In this document: positions 9,419 to 19,543 of the stretch, in pieces
Position numbering within the stretch: position 1 is the first letter of the stretch
Layout of the letters: the number at the start of each line of letters is the position of its first letter
NCBI GenBank assembly: GCA_963782525.1
Contig: CAWAKC010000004.1
Coordinates: forward strand, 96,001-160,000
DNA length: 64,000 nt
From: Candidatus Bathyarchaeota archaeon
GTDB lineage: Archaea; Thermoproteota; Bathyarchaeia; Bathyarchaeales; Bathycorpusculaceae
Direction: 5' to 3'
Notes under the pieces: generated by a model
Told to the model about the DNA's origin: nothing
The model's input: the letters and a program-made list of their open reading frames with translations, nothing else
Databases searched by the model: none
Program-made: the position numbers and the translations under genes

Positions 9419-10702
9419 GTGGAAAAACAGGAACCCCGAAAACTGAAACGTTCAATTGGTTTGTGGAGTGCAGTCGCCGTCAACGTTGGTGCAATCATAG
9501 GCGGCGGAATCTTCGTTGTCACGGGCATCGTTGCAGGTTACGCAGGCTCAGCGCTCGTCATATCCATGGTCATCGCGGGTGCCATCGCCTTTATCACAGC
9601 TTGGAGCTTCGCAAAATTAACCGCTTGGCAACCCGTTGAAGGAGGCGTATATGAGTATGGACGCCAGTTGGTTTCGCCGTACGCTGGGTTTTTGGCTGGT
9701 TGGATGTGGCTGGTCGCCAACACTTTTACTGGAGCGGCTGTTTCGCTTGGGTTCGCCTATTATTTGACAGTGACTTTCCCCGAGTTGTCCACAAATTGGG
9801 TAGCATCCTCTTTATGCTTAGCATTCACTGCTTTGAACCTGGTTGGCGCAAAAGAATCAACAAGAGTGAACAACGTGTTAGTCGCCATCAAGCTAGTTGT
9901 GCTGGCTTTTTTCGTTGCATTCGGAGTTTTGCATATTAATTCGGGTAATTTTAGTCCGTTTGTGCCCCTTTCAAGTGGCGTGCTCTATGGCGCATTCTTC
10001 ATCTTCTTTGCTTACGGCGGTTTTGCAAGAGTATCAGTGATAGCGGAAGAAGTTAAAGATGCTAAACGTAACGTGCCCCGTGCATTGTTGTTGTCTTTGG
10101 GGATTTCGATGTTGGTTTATGTTTTGGTTGGGTTGGTTGCGGTTGGGTTGCTGGGTCCAGTTGGTCTTGCAAGATCCGTTTCGCCTTTGAGTTCAGCTAT
10201 CGGCGTAACAGGAAGCTCACTTGCCATCCAGATTGTAGCTTTAGGAGGCTTGGTGGCTACGGCAAGCGTTTTGCTTACTGCGATTCTGGGCGTTTCTCGC
10301 ATGGCATATTCGATGGCTAGACGTAATGATTTGCCATCTGCTTTGGCGCGTTTGCATAGTAGGTTTTTGACGCCATATTACTCAATTTTAGCCAGTGGCA
10401 TATTGATGGCGGTTTTGGTTTTGTTTGTGGATTTGACAAGGGTGGTGGCGATTAGCACGTTCGCTCTTCTTTTCAATTACTCCATCACCAACGTTGCAGC
10501 TTACAAACTGAAAAATGGCGGCAAGCACTCAAGCAAAGTATGGCCGTTATTAGGGTTGGCAACTTGTATTTTGCTTTTGACGTTTATCCTTTTGGCGTCA
10601 ACGGATGCGTGGTTAGTGGGGGTTGTTTTTTTGGTTGCTGGTTCAGTTTACTATGCCGCTCGGAAAAAGATGAACCTGAAACATGAAAAAATGTCGCTTT
10701 AG
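9419..10702 (+). CDS. APC-family amino acid permease
   Basis: GAIIGGGIF, FFAYGGF, EEVKDAKRNVPRA; 12 TM segments. Confidence 0.9.
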   Translation: MEKQEPRKLKRSIGLWSAVAVNVGAIIGGGIFVVTGIVAGYAGSALVISMVIAGAIAFITAWSFAKLTAWQPVEGGVYEYGRQLVSPYAGFLAGWMWLVANTFTGAAVSLGFAYYLTVTFPELSTNWVASSLCLAFTALNLVGAKESTRVNNVLVAIKLVVLAFFVAFGVLHINSGNFSPFVPLSSGVLYGAFFIFFAYGGFARVSVIAEEVKDAKRNVPRALLLSLGISMLVYVLVGLVAVGLLGPVGLARSVSPLSSAIGVTGSSLAIQIVALGGLVATASVLLTAILGVSRMAYSMARRNDLPSALARLHSRFLTPYYSILASGILMAVLVLFVDLTRVVAISTFALLFNYSITNVAAYKLKNGGKHSSKVWPLLGLATCILLLTFILLASTDAWLVGVVFLVAGSVYYAARKKMNLKHEKMSL

Positions 10703-10752
10703 ATTGCGATAAGAATTTTAAGGTTCAATTGGGCTTAAAGATAGGAAAGCCG

Positions 10753-11472
10753 ATGCCGGTAAAAGCTGTGTTATTCGACATGTTCGATACCCTCATGCTC
10801 ATTGAGAAGAATCATGAGTTCTATAGTCCAGCTTTGATGCGGATGTATCGATATCTCAACCAACACGGCATCGACGTATCCTTCGATAAATTCGACGCTG
10901 CCTACATCATCGCGCGTGATTCACTCTATGCTAAGGCGGATTTGAATTTTGAGGAACCCCACTTCAACGTCCGCGTCTCAAAGGCGCTGAAAAGTTTAGG
11001 TTTCAACTACGGTATTTCAAATCCCTTAGTGGTGGCGGCGACGAATGAATTTTGTGAGGAATTCATGAAGTACGTTCGCATCGATGAACACGCCAAAAAG
11101 GTGATTGAGGGGTTGCATGAAAAATATAAGTTGGGCATAATATCCAACTTTGCCATACCTGAATGCGTCTTAAAACTCCTCAAAGCTGATGGTTTATACG
11201 AGTTGTTTGACGTGATTGTGGTTTCTGCTGCAGTTAATAAGCGTAAACCTAGCCCAGAAATCTTCCAAAATGCTCTAAAAGAGTTGGGTGTCTCTGTTTC
11301 TGAAGCCATTTTTGTCGGCGACACCGTTGACGCCGACGTTGAGGGACCAAAAGCAGTGGGCATGAAAGTTATCTACATTGAGCGTCGAAGCCAGAAGCCC
11401 TCAGAGAAGTTTTCGCCCGATCACACGATCAAGAACCTAAATGAATTGCCCCTGCTGCTTGAACGCTATTAA
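10753..11472 (+). CDS. HAD-superfamily hydrolase
   Basis: FDMFDTL, KP, VGDTVDAD. ATG 10753 preferred to TTG 10729. Confidence 0.85.
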   Translation: MPVKAVLFDMFDTLMLIEKNHEFYSPALMRMYRYLNQHGIDVSFDKFDAAYIIARDSLYAKADLNFEEPHFNVRVSKALKSLGFNYGISNPLVVAATNEFCEEFMKYVRIDEHAKKVIEGLHEKYKLGIISNFAIPECVLKLLKADGLYELFDVIVVSAAVNKRKPSPEIFQNALKELGVSVSEAIFVGDTVDADVEGPKAVGMKVIYIERRSQKPSEKFSPDHTIKNLNELPLLLERY

Positions 11473-11754
11473 AGTTCTGAATCAGGTTTCTCTAATGATT
11501 CTACTGGGATTTTTATTTTCATAGGTCTTTTTTGTTTTTAGCAGGCGAATTAGTTCATTATGTTTATTCAGAAAATTTATTCCTTGGATAGTGATTTTGC
11601 AAATTTCTTTTCCTTCGACGACGATAGGACAAATACACGACAGTTCGGCAAAATTTTCTTTTTCTTAGGCATTAGTTGTATAGGAGGGTATGGGCGGTTA
11701 GTTCCGATACAGAAACCCTTTTTTGCGCCAGCGAGAAACTGCACCTGTGAAAGT

Positions 11755-12252
11755 ATGTTAATCGGTGCAATCTCAGATACCCACGACAACCTGCCGCTTA
11801 TTGAAAAAGCTGTGCAGATCCTAAACCAGCAAAAAGTAGGCTTGGTACTCCATGCAGGCGACTATGTTGCAGGCTTCGTTGTTCCAAAACTCGCAAAACT
11901 AAACTGCCCGCTCATCGGCGTGTTCGGCAACAACGACGGCGATCACGAACTCATCAAAAAACGCTTCAGCGAAACTATCAACTGCACCATCCACGACCGT
12001 TTCACCCAAACAACCATAGAAGGCTACCGAATTGCACTGCTCCACGGACACGAAACCGAACTCCTCAACGTTATAATCGACAGTGGATCTTTCGACACCG
12101 TAATTCACGGGCATTCCCACAACTGGCTCATAGAGCAGAAAGGCAAAACTCTTAGTTTGAACCCTGGGGAACTCTGCGGGTACTTAACTGGAAAACCCAC
12201 ACTCGCAATCCTAGATACGGTAACAAGGCAAGCAAAAATCATCGATTTGTAG
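11755..12252 (+). CDS. Metallophosphoesterase (YfcE/MJ0936 family)
   Basis: SDTHDN, HAGD, GNND, HGHSH, NPG. Start moved to ATG 11755. Confidence 0.9.
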   Translation: MLIGAISDTHDNLPLIEKAVQILNQQKVGLVLHAGDYVAGFVVPKLAKLNCPLIGVFGNNDGDHELIKKRFSETINCTIHDRFTQTTIEGYRIALLHGHETELLNVIIDSGSFDTVIHGHSHNWLIEQKGKTLSLNPGELCGYLTGKPTLAILDTVTRQAKIIDL

Positions 12253-12470
12253 TCGCCGCAGTAATGCTATTTATAGCAAAAACCGTTCTTCTTCACAGGT
12301 TAATGGTCCTTTATCCATCGAATAGTGATATCGCTTCATTAATTTGTAAATTTGCATAGTAAACCTTGATTTTCCTTTATTGCATTTTGCATTTTTTGAG
12401 GCGATTACCTATAAATCAAGTTAGCCGCTTGTGTCTCTTCGCATACTGTCAGCAACCAGGGGATTGAGAA

Positions 12471-13235
12471 ATGTTTAACCAAAACACAAACAACGAACCG
12501 CCAACCTTCATAAAAGCAGCAACCAAACTCAAGAACGCTGTAGCATACGAAAGCACAGGCAAATATGAGAGCGCCTTACTGTCAATTGAAGAAGCACTCG
12601 CAATCCAACCTGACTTCGTTGACGCTTGGCTCATAAAAGGCGTAATCCAAGGCAAAATAGGAAAATACAGCGAGGCACTCAAATGCTATGACAAAATAAT
12701 CCAAATCGCCCCCCAATTCGCAGATGCTTATCGCCTAAAGGCAGCCACGTACATTGCGATGAATCAGCATGAAAAAGCCGTCAAATGCTTTCAAAAAGCA
12801 GTAGAGTTAAACCCAAACAACTTGGAGTACCAGCTGAGTTTAGCAATAGCGTTTCAAAGGCTCAAAAAATTCGAAGACGCTCTAAGAGTCTACGAAGCCG
12901 CAAAAATGCAGCGGCCAACTGACGCCCGAATAGACTACTACATCGGCTTGATGTGGGGCAACATGGCAGATAACCAGAAAGCGCTTGCATCTTTTGAGCA
13001 GGCATTGCGGCTAAAACCAGAGTTCACCGATGCCCTCCTAGGAAAAGGAATAATGTTGGCAAGGCTGAATCGAAAGGAAGAAGCCAAAGAAATCGCCGAT
13101 AAAATCCTACAAACTAAAAGCTGCAACGAAAAACAAGAAGCAGCAAAAGCCCAATCTGAAAACGAATCCATACGTCATGATTTTAAAGCTGCCCAAAACA
13201 GATTCAGAAACAAATACGCTTCAAATACAGGCTAA
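12471..13235 (+). CDS. Tetratricopeptide repeat protein
   Basis: Multiple 34-aa TPR units (A..C..KA..L.P). Confidence 0.85.
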   Translation: MFNQNTNNEPPTFIKAATKLKNAVAYESTGKYESALLSIEEALAIQPDFVDAWLIKGVIQGKIGKYSEALKCYDKIIQIAPQFADAYRLKAATYIAMNQHEKAVKCFQKAVELNPNNLEYQLSLAIAFQRLKKFEDALRVYEAAKMQRPTDARIDYYIGLMWGNMADNQKALASFEQALRLKPEFTDALLGKGIMLARLNRKEEAKEIADKILQTKSCNEKQEAAKAQSENESIRHDFKAAQNRFRNKYASNTG

Positions 13236-13253
13236 CTTGACCCGGAACTTGGT

Positions 13254-14195
13254 TTATTGAGTACTTTTGTTGTAGGGTTCCCTTAACTTGTTTGCTTTAA
13301 CGAAGAGTTGCTTTAGTTCCTCCTCAGTGGCGCCTCGACGGATAGGCGTAAGGATGTCGGTTAGGTTGTCGTTGCGCATTAGGCAGGTTTTGAGTTTGCC
13401 GTCGCTTGTGATGCGCATGCGAGTGCAGTGCATGCAGAAGTCGGTGTTTTCTATGGGCTTGACGACTTCGAGCGTTGCGTTTGGAAGATGGTAGATTACG
13501 CGGTTGTGCATGAAGGGGCGTTTTTCGATGGAGATAGCTTGTGCTTTGAGCATTGCTTCTTGTTCGTCTAGGCTGCGGTGGTGTTCGCTATAGTATTTGT
13601 CGCCTACGTTTACTGGGTCAAGCTCGATTAGCTGCAGCACAATCCCCATTTTTCCGGCGTAATCGATTAATTCGGGGACGTCACCGACGTTGACGTCTTT
13701 TAGAACTACCGTGTTAAGTTTAACGGGGCAGAAGTCTGCTGCTATGGCTGCTTTGATGCCTTCCAGGGCTGCTTCCAGTTTTCCGCCCGTCAAATTGTGA
13801 TAGGTTTCAGGGTTAAGTGAAGGCAAACTAATGTTTACACGCTTAAGTCCGCAGTCGCGTAGTTTCTTTGCCATGCCATCGACGAGTAAAAGTCCGTTTG
13901 TTGTTAACGATAAATCTCGTAAGCCAGGAATAGCTGCGATGCCGGAAACGATTTCAGGCAGGTCTTTACGCATAAGTGGCTCTCCCCCAGTCAACTTTAT
14001 ACGCGCGATCCCCAAATCCACAGCGACTTTAGCCATGCGAACAATTTCTTCCACAGACATCAATTCGGCTGAGCGGTTGGCGCGCTGCACTTCACCTTCA
14101 CGGTGACAGTATGCGCATCGGTTATTGCACCGCTGGGTAATTGAAATTCGAAGATTAAGGAGGGGTCTGCCGCAATTGTCTGTTAAATAACTCAT
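13254..14195 (-). CDS. moaA: GTP 3',8-cyclase
   Basis: CNNRCAYC, TGGEP, C-terminal FCMHCTRMR..LKTCL; adjacent to moaB and moaC. Confidence 0.92.
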   Translation of the reverse strand: MSYLTDNCGRPLLNLRISITQRCNNRCAYCHREGEVQRANRSAELMSVEEIVRMAKVAVDLGIARIKLTGGEPLMRKDLPEIVSGIAAIPGLRDLSLTTNGLLLVDGMAKKLRDCGLKRVNISLPSLNPETYHNLTGGKLEAALEGIKAAIAADFCPVKLNTVVLKDVNVGDVPELIDYAGKMGIVLQLIELDPVNVGDKYYSEHHRSLDEQEAMLKAQAISIEKRPFMHNRVIYHLPNATLEVVKPIENTDFCMHCTRMRITSDGKLKTCLMRNDNLTDILTPIRRGATEEELKQLFVKANKLREPYNKSTQ

Positions 14196-14731
14196 CGTTG
14201 TTCACGTGCGTGCTTAACGATGTGAGGAGCCTCGGGCAAAATAAGTAGTTCCACCGCGGTTTTCACAGCATCAGGCGAACCAGGGATACAAAAGATAGCC
14301 TTACCCTTCACTACACCAGCTATGGCACGCGACAAGACCGCCGCTGAACCCACTTTGTCGTAGCTTATTCGTCGAAAAAACTCGCCGAACCCAGGTAAAA
14401 CCTTCTCGAGGAAAGGCAAGACTGTTTCAATCGTGATGTCGGTAGGTGTGATGCCCGTGCCACCAGAAAAAATTGCGACATCCACTTCATCCAAACCAGT
14501 CGCGTACATAACGGCATCCTGAATCATGGTTTCGTCGTCGGCAACGATTTTTTTGAAAAGAACCTTCTGCCCAGCGTTCTTGAGCAGTTCCACAATTGTG
14601 TCGCCACTGACGTCGCTGACGTCTTTTTCGCCCGCTTCAATCTGTTTGTAGCGTGAGGTACTGCAGATAAAGACGCCGAACGTTAACGTTTTGGGGGCTT
14701 TTGCTTTATGTGATTTGGAGCTTTCACTCAT
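14192..14731 (-). CDS. moaB: Molybdopterin adenylyltransferase MoaB/Mog
   Basis: GGTGITPTDIT, PGFGE, SRA, PGSP. Confidence 0.9.
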   Translation of the reverse strand: MSESSKSHKAKAPKTLTFGVFICSTSRYKQIEAGEKDVSDVSGDTIVELLKNAGQKVLFKKIVADDETMIQDAVMYATGLDEVDVAIFSGGTGITPTDITIETVLPFLEKVLPGFGEFFRRISYDKVGSAAVLSRAIAGVVKGKAIFCIPGSPDAVKTAVELLILPEAPHIVKHAREQR

Positions 14732-14733
14732 AG

Positions 14734-15171
14734 TTATGCCTGCTTAAACTTTTTAACAACATGAATATTCTCTATCGCCGTCGAAGGGTACTGGCCTGCG
14801 GCGTCTTTTTCGTATTGTTTAGTCATGTCCCAAACTGTAAGTAGCGCTATGGAGACTGCAGTTAATGCTTCCATTTCCACGCCCGTTTGCGCCTTGGTTT
14901 TCACGGTTGCAGTGGCGGACACGGATTTTTTTTCGGAGACTTTCACGTCTACTTCCACGTTCGTCAAAGGTAAGGGATGGCAAAGAGGAATCAAATCGCT
15001 TGTTCTTTTAGCAGCCAACACGCCTGCAATCTTGGCGGTGTAGAGGGGGTCGCCTTTAGCGATTTTTCCATTCTGGATCAAATCGATTGTCTGCGGTTTC
15101 AACTTTATCATTCCAGTAGCGGTTGCTTCTCTGAAAGTCTCTGCTTTACTTGAAACATCTACCATTGCCAT
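14734..15171 (-). CDS. moaC: Cyclic pyranopterin monophosphate synthase
   Basis: MVDVSSK, LIPLCHP, TGVEMEAL. Confidence 0.95.
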   Translation of the reverse strand: MAMVDVSSKAETFREATATGMIKLKPQTIDLIQNGKIAKGDPLYTAKIAGVLAAKRTSDLIPLCHPLPLTNVEVDVKVSEKKSVSATATVKTKAQTGVEMEALTAVSIALLTVWDMTKQYEKDAAGQYPSTAIENIHVVKKFKQA

Positions 15172-15337
15172 TTTAATCGTCTCATTAGCGTTCTTGGGTA
15201 TAGTTAGTTTTTCTTGCTTTTATTCATTAAGCAAACTCGAAAACCCTCGAAACTGAGAATCTTGGAGAAATTTAAAAAAATTAAGAAAGAGTAAACTATG
15301 TTTGGGGATAAAGAAAAGAGGCTGGGGTAGCGATGTT

Positions 15338-15562
15338 TTAGTATGGGTCTTTCTTGCCGGTCATGTATGCCCATGCGCCAACGATTGCTACTGTTAGGAC
15401 TGCGCCTGCAGCTCCTGCAACCATGAAGCTTGTTAAGCCGGCGAGCGATGGCAGAACTGCGATCAGCCAAGGAATAAGGTATGTGGCTGTGACCTGAGCG
15501 ATGATGCCTGCTACGAAGCCTAAAACCGCTATTAAACCGAATATTTTTAATCTGCTATTCAT
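15338..15562 (-). CDS. Small 2-TM membrane protein
   Basis: 74 aa with two hydrophobic helices; SD AGGTGA upstream and T-rich tract downstream. Confidence 0.7.
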   Translation of the reverse strand: MNSRLKIFGLIAVLGFVAGIIAQVTATYLIPWLIAVLPSLAGLTSFMVAGAAGAVLTVAIVGAWAYMTGKKDPY

Positions 15563-15791
15563 TCAATTCACCTTTTTATTTTAGCAGTTAGTTGGCGCTT
15601 CTTTTTAGTCTAACTTACACGTTTCTGTATAAACACCCAAGCGTTGGTATCCTGTTTAACATTTCTAGTTAACGCAAAAAGCGTATTTTCCCATGATGTA
15701 TAGCTGTACATATATACGAGCATATTTCCAACATATTAACAATGTATAATTCATTTTTCTACATTCTACGGTCTAACAGAGGTAATACTAA

Positions 15792-16451
15792 ATGTCAGAA
15801 AGATTCGCTAAAAAGTGGGAAAGTAAACGGGAAGATGAGCCCTTCACAAACCGCATTAAAGACGCAGTGAAACCCCCAGGACCACTAAAACCACGACTCG
15901 ACTTTGCAGTCAGACGCATCGAACTTCAAGTACAAAAACTTGACCAAGCAACAGACAGATTCAGCCAAAGAGACAAAGCAATCTTCGCAAGAATCGTCGA
16001 CGCATACACAAAACATGACAGTGCACGCGCAAACGTTTTCGCCAACGAGCTAGCTGAAGTCAGGAAAATGTCAAAGTTAATAATGAACGCTAAACTTGCT
16101 CTCGAACAAATCACATTAAGATTACGAACAGTTTCCGAACTAGGCGACGTTGTATCAACTCTCGGGCCAGCCGTGGGTGTTCTACGTTCAGTCAAAGCAG
16201 GCTTAGTCAGCGTATTTCCAGAAGCAGAAAGTGAATTAGGCGAGATCGGCAACATGCTAAGCGGAATCATGATTGAAGCGGGCCAAGGCAGCGGAATGAC
16301 GTTGAACTTCGACACAGTAAACGAAGATGCATCAAAGATTCTAACCGAAGCAGCCACAGTTGCAGAGCAGAAGATAAAAGACAAGTTCCCAGATCTGCCA
16401 CCAGGAATGCCATCATCCCAAGTTACTCAAGCAGAAAAAACGACATTCTAA
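15792..16451 (+). CDS. ESCRT-III/Snf7 protein, CdvB paralog without winged helix
   Basis: Snf7 core (ANELAEVRKM...LEQITLRL) with Pro-rich C-terminal MIM-like tail. Confidence 0.85.
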   Translation: MSERFAKKWESKREDEPFTNRIKDAVKPPGPLKPRLDFAVRRIELQVQKLDQATDRFSQRDKAIFARIVDAYTKHDSARANVFANELAEVRKMSKLIMNAKLALEQITLRLRTVSELGDVVSTLGPAVGVLRSVKAGLVSVFPEAESELGEIGNMLSGIMIEAGQGSGMTLNFDTVNEDASKILTEAATVAEQKIKDKFPDLPPGMPSSQVTQAEKTTF

Positions 16452-16474
16452 GATAAGGAGGATAAAACACAAAA

Positions 16475-17194
16475 ATGTCTAACTCCAATCTTTTTCTTTC
16501 TATTGGCAAACCAATAAAGAATGAATATGGACGAGTAATCGGTAAAGTTGCCTCTTTTGCATTAACTCCCAACGGTAAATTCGATGCGGTTTACATCGAG
16601 TTTGGCGACGGGCAATTTTCAAAACAGCCCATGGAAAGTTTACGGTTTAATGGCGCTGAAATCACATATATCTCAAAAATCAAAACTCAAGCAGGCGTTT
16701 TATGCGACCACATTCCCTTGATCTGGCGTAAAGATGAAGCCCTAAAGGACCTTTTGGAAAAGAAGAAGATTACTCCAGAAGTCAGCCAGGACCTGCACAA
16801 CAGCTTTACCAGCGTACTAACACAACTCAAAAAAGACGCCCAAATCATCATCGACGAATCTACCATCGAAATCGAGCGTTGCTCAGAAGAAATAACATCG
16901 CTAAGCTATGCCATTGCAAACCTTGAAATTGAACATGAAATCGGAAAAGTTGACGATGAAAACTACCGCATGGCATTCTCTCTACTGCAAGACACTCTCA
17001 GACGTGCTACTACAGAAAAAACCGACTTCGAACTCACAAAGAGCAAACTCTCCGGTGTATTGTTAGGTGACCAATCGCAGACTGCACAAAAAATCAACAA
17101 AGTCTACGCTGAACAAGTAACCAACGCCGCATCAAAGCTACCAGAGCCCCCAGTGGTTGTATACGTTAAAGAAATTGGAAAAGCTGGACTTTAA
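16475..17194 (+). CDS. cdvA: Cell division protein CdvA
   Basis: N-terminal PRC-barrel-like IGKPIKNEYGRVIG, coiled-coil body, C-terminal PPVVVYV tail; between ESCRT-III genes. Confidence 0.85.
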   Translation: MSNSNLFLSIGKPIKNEYGRVIGKVASFALTPNGKFDAVYIEFGDGQFSKQPMESLRFNGAEITYISKIKTQAGVLCDHIPLIWRKDEALKDLLEKKKITPEVSQDLHNSFTSVLTQLKKDAQIIIDESTIEIERCSEEITSLSYAIANLEIEHEIGKVDDENYRMAFSLLQDTLRRATTEKTDFELTKSKLSGVLLGDQSQTAQKINKVYAEQVTNAASKLPEPPVVVYVKEIGKAGL

Positions 17195-17236
17195 TCAGGC
17201 TTAGAAATTGTAAACGCGGGTGTGGAGGGCTAAAAA

Positions 17237-18142
17237 ATCAAAAGCTTAACTAACCAAACCCCTCCCCCCATCCGTGAAGTTGCCCAAAAATCTATTTATA
17301 CATTAAAAATCCAGCAGGGCAAACTTGAGCAGGCCAGTTTCCGCTTAAAAGAGCGAGATCGTATTCTTTTTGAAACTTGCATGTTCGCCTTAAAGAAGAA
17401 CAATAAAGAAAAAGCTGCAATGTGCGCAACTGAGATTGCAGAAGTTCGAAAACTTGTAAAATTCCTTTACAACGTTCAATTAGCCATTGAACGAGTAGTT
17501 CTGCGCCTTGAAACCATAAAGGAACTCGGCGATGTCGTTGCCGACCTTAAACCAGCGTTGAAGTTGCTACAAGGGGTTTCACAAGAACTGTTCCAGGTGT
17601 TGCCTGACGTTAGCTCAGAACTAAATACTGTTAATCAAACGATCCAGGATACACTTCACGCCACCAAACTTACCGGCGACGAAACAGTCATCCCAGTCGG
17701 CAAGAAAACGGAGGCGGGTGAAGAAATCCTTAAAGAAGTCTCCTGTTTCATGGAGCAAAAACTCTCCGAAACTCTTCCAGAGCCGCCAACAGCACCTCCT
17801 GTGAAAGAGAAAATGCCAGTCAGAGAGCTTGTTGCTTTGACAGCAAGTTCCTCTCAGGTGTTTGCTCGTAAAACTGTGGAAGAGACAGGTTTTGACCCGG
17901 AAAAGACACTTTTGACCTACAAGAAATCTGAGATTAAAGAATTCTCACTGAAGGTTGAAAAGGCAGTTGAGAAACCCAGCCTAGAAGACGTATTAATGGA
18001 GTATGTTCGTAAAACTAACGGCGAAATCGATTTAAGCAGATGCAGCAATGAACTGCAGACTTCTAACGAGGAAATTGAGCGTGCCCTCGAAAACTTAGGA
18101 ACAAAAGGCAAAATAAAGATTGAGTTACGTTCACCAGAATAA
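17237..18142 (+). CDS. cdvB: ESCRT-III CdvB with C-terminal winged helix; probable ATC start
   Basis: Snf7 core, LPEPP MIM2-like motif and wH tail. The frame is open 48 codons upstream of ATG 17381 and aligns with the paralog's N-terminus. Confidence 0.8.
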   Translation: MKSLTNQTPPPIREVAQKSIYTLKIQQGKLEQASFRLKERDRILFETCMFALKKNNKEKAAMCATEIAEVRKLVKFLYNVQLAIERVVLRLETIKELGDVVADLKPALKLLQGVSQELFQVLPDVSSELNTVNQTIQDTLHATKLTGDETVIPVGKKTEAGEEILKEVSCFMEQKLSETLPEPPTAPPVKEKMPVRELVALTASSSQVFARKTVEETGFDPEKTLLTYKKSEIKEFSLKVEKAVEKPSLEDVLMEYVRKTNGEIDLSRCSNELQTSNEEIERALENLGTKGKIKIELRSPE

Positions 18143-18163
18143 AGAGAGAAGGAGATAAAATAA

Positions 18164-19354
18164 ATGAGCGCATCGAATGAACTTGAAAAAGGAGCAACAG
18201 CTTACGCCCTAGATGCTGTACGCCTAGATAAGCAAGGGCAAAAAGGAAGAGCCATTACCCTCTATCAAAAAGCAATCGAAAGCCTACTGCAGCTTGTGCA
18301 GTTGTATCCCGAGTACGGCTTAAACAAGGTTTACGTGCAGCGGGCAATTGCATACCAAGAGCGAATCAAAGCTCTGCAAGGGACTGTTTCGTCTTCCGAG
18401 ATGAATCAAGCAGCTAATGATGATGCTGAAAGTGGAGGTGGAGGAGCTACGATGGAGGGAAATGGAAATGGCGCAGGCGGAAAACCAAATGAGGAATTGG
18501 TTATGACTGAGAAACCTAAAGTTAATTGGGGCGAAGTTGTAGGGTTGGATACTGCAAAAAAAGCAGTGAAAGAAGCCATCGTTTACCCAGTTCAGCGCCC
18601 GGATCTGTTTCCGCTTGGTTGGCCACGCGGCATACTGTTGTTCGGTCCACCTGGTTGCGGCAAAACTTTGCTGGCGGCGGCGGTTGCAACGGAAATTGAC
18701 GCAAACTTCTACAGCATCGACGCAGCTTCGATTATGTCCAAGTGGCTTGGTGAAGCTGAACAGAACGTTGCAAAACTATTCGGATCCGCACGCAAATCCG
18801 CAACAGAAGGCAAACCTGCAATCGTGTTCGTCGACGAGTTAGATTCACTCATGGGCAACCACAGCAACGAGGTTGGCGGCGAAATCCGAGTAAAAAACCA
18901 GTTTCTAAAAGAGATGGATGGCATCGTGGACAAGGGAAAGGCTCTTCATGTTTACGTCATCGGCGCAACCAACAAGCCCTGGGATTTGGATTGGGCGTTT
19001 ATCAGGCGGTTCCAGAAACGTATTTTGGTGCCGCTTGCAGACCATGCGACAAGGCTGAATATGTTGAAGCTGTATTCGAGTAACTTGCAAATCGCTAACG
19101 ACGTAGATTTAGTAGAGTTAGCCCGTTTAGCTGAAGGGTTCTCGGGAAGCGACATACGCGATGTCTGCCAATCTGCACAGCTTAGTTTAATCGGCGAATT
19201 CTTTGAATCCGGCAAAGCAATGGACAGAGAAGCCAAACCCCGCGCATTAACCATGGCTGATTTCCAACAGATCTTCGAAGAACGCAAACCCTCAGTATCT
19301 CTAGATATGCTGTCACAATACAACCGCTGGTTCGAAGCATTCAAAGCATTGTAG
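18164..19354 (+). CDS. cdvC: Vps4-like AAA ATPase with MIT domain
   Basis: N-terminal MIT, GPPGCGKT, FVDELD, ATNKPWDLD, RRFQKR. Confidence 0.92.
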   Translation: MSASNELEKGATAYALDAVRLDKQGQKGRAITLYQKAIESLLQLVQLYPEYGLNKVYVQRAIAYQERIKALQGTVSSSEMNQAANDDAESGGGGATMEGNGNGAGGKPNEELVMTEKPKVNWGEVVGLDTAKKAVKEAIVYPVQRPDLFPLGWPRGILLFGPPGCGKTLLAAAVATEIDANFYSIDAASIMSKWLGEAEQNVAKLFGSARKSATEGKPAIVFVDELDSLMGNHSNEVGGEIRVKNQFLKEMDGIVDKGKALHVYVIGATNKPWDLDWAFIRRFQKRILVPLADHATRLNMLKLYSSNLQIANDVDLVELARLAEGFSGSDIRDVCQSAQLSLIGEFFESGKAMDREAKPRALTMADFQQIFEERKPSVSLDMLSQYNRWFEAFKAL

Positions 19355-19543
19355 GAGGAAAAAAGAAAACCGCTTTGGCTGGGCAATGTGGAAAGGCTTG
19401 GAGAACATTAATTTTTAGCACGCTCTCCCTTCTCCCCCCTCAAACAATATCTCCAAACCCCACAAAACCACCCATCCCAAAAAAAACGGTAACCTCCGCT
19501 ACTTCTGTTTTTTTAACACCTAAAACTGAATTTTCAAAAAACT

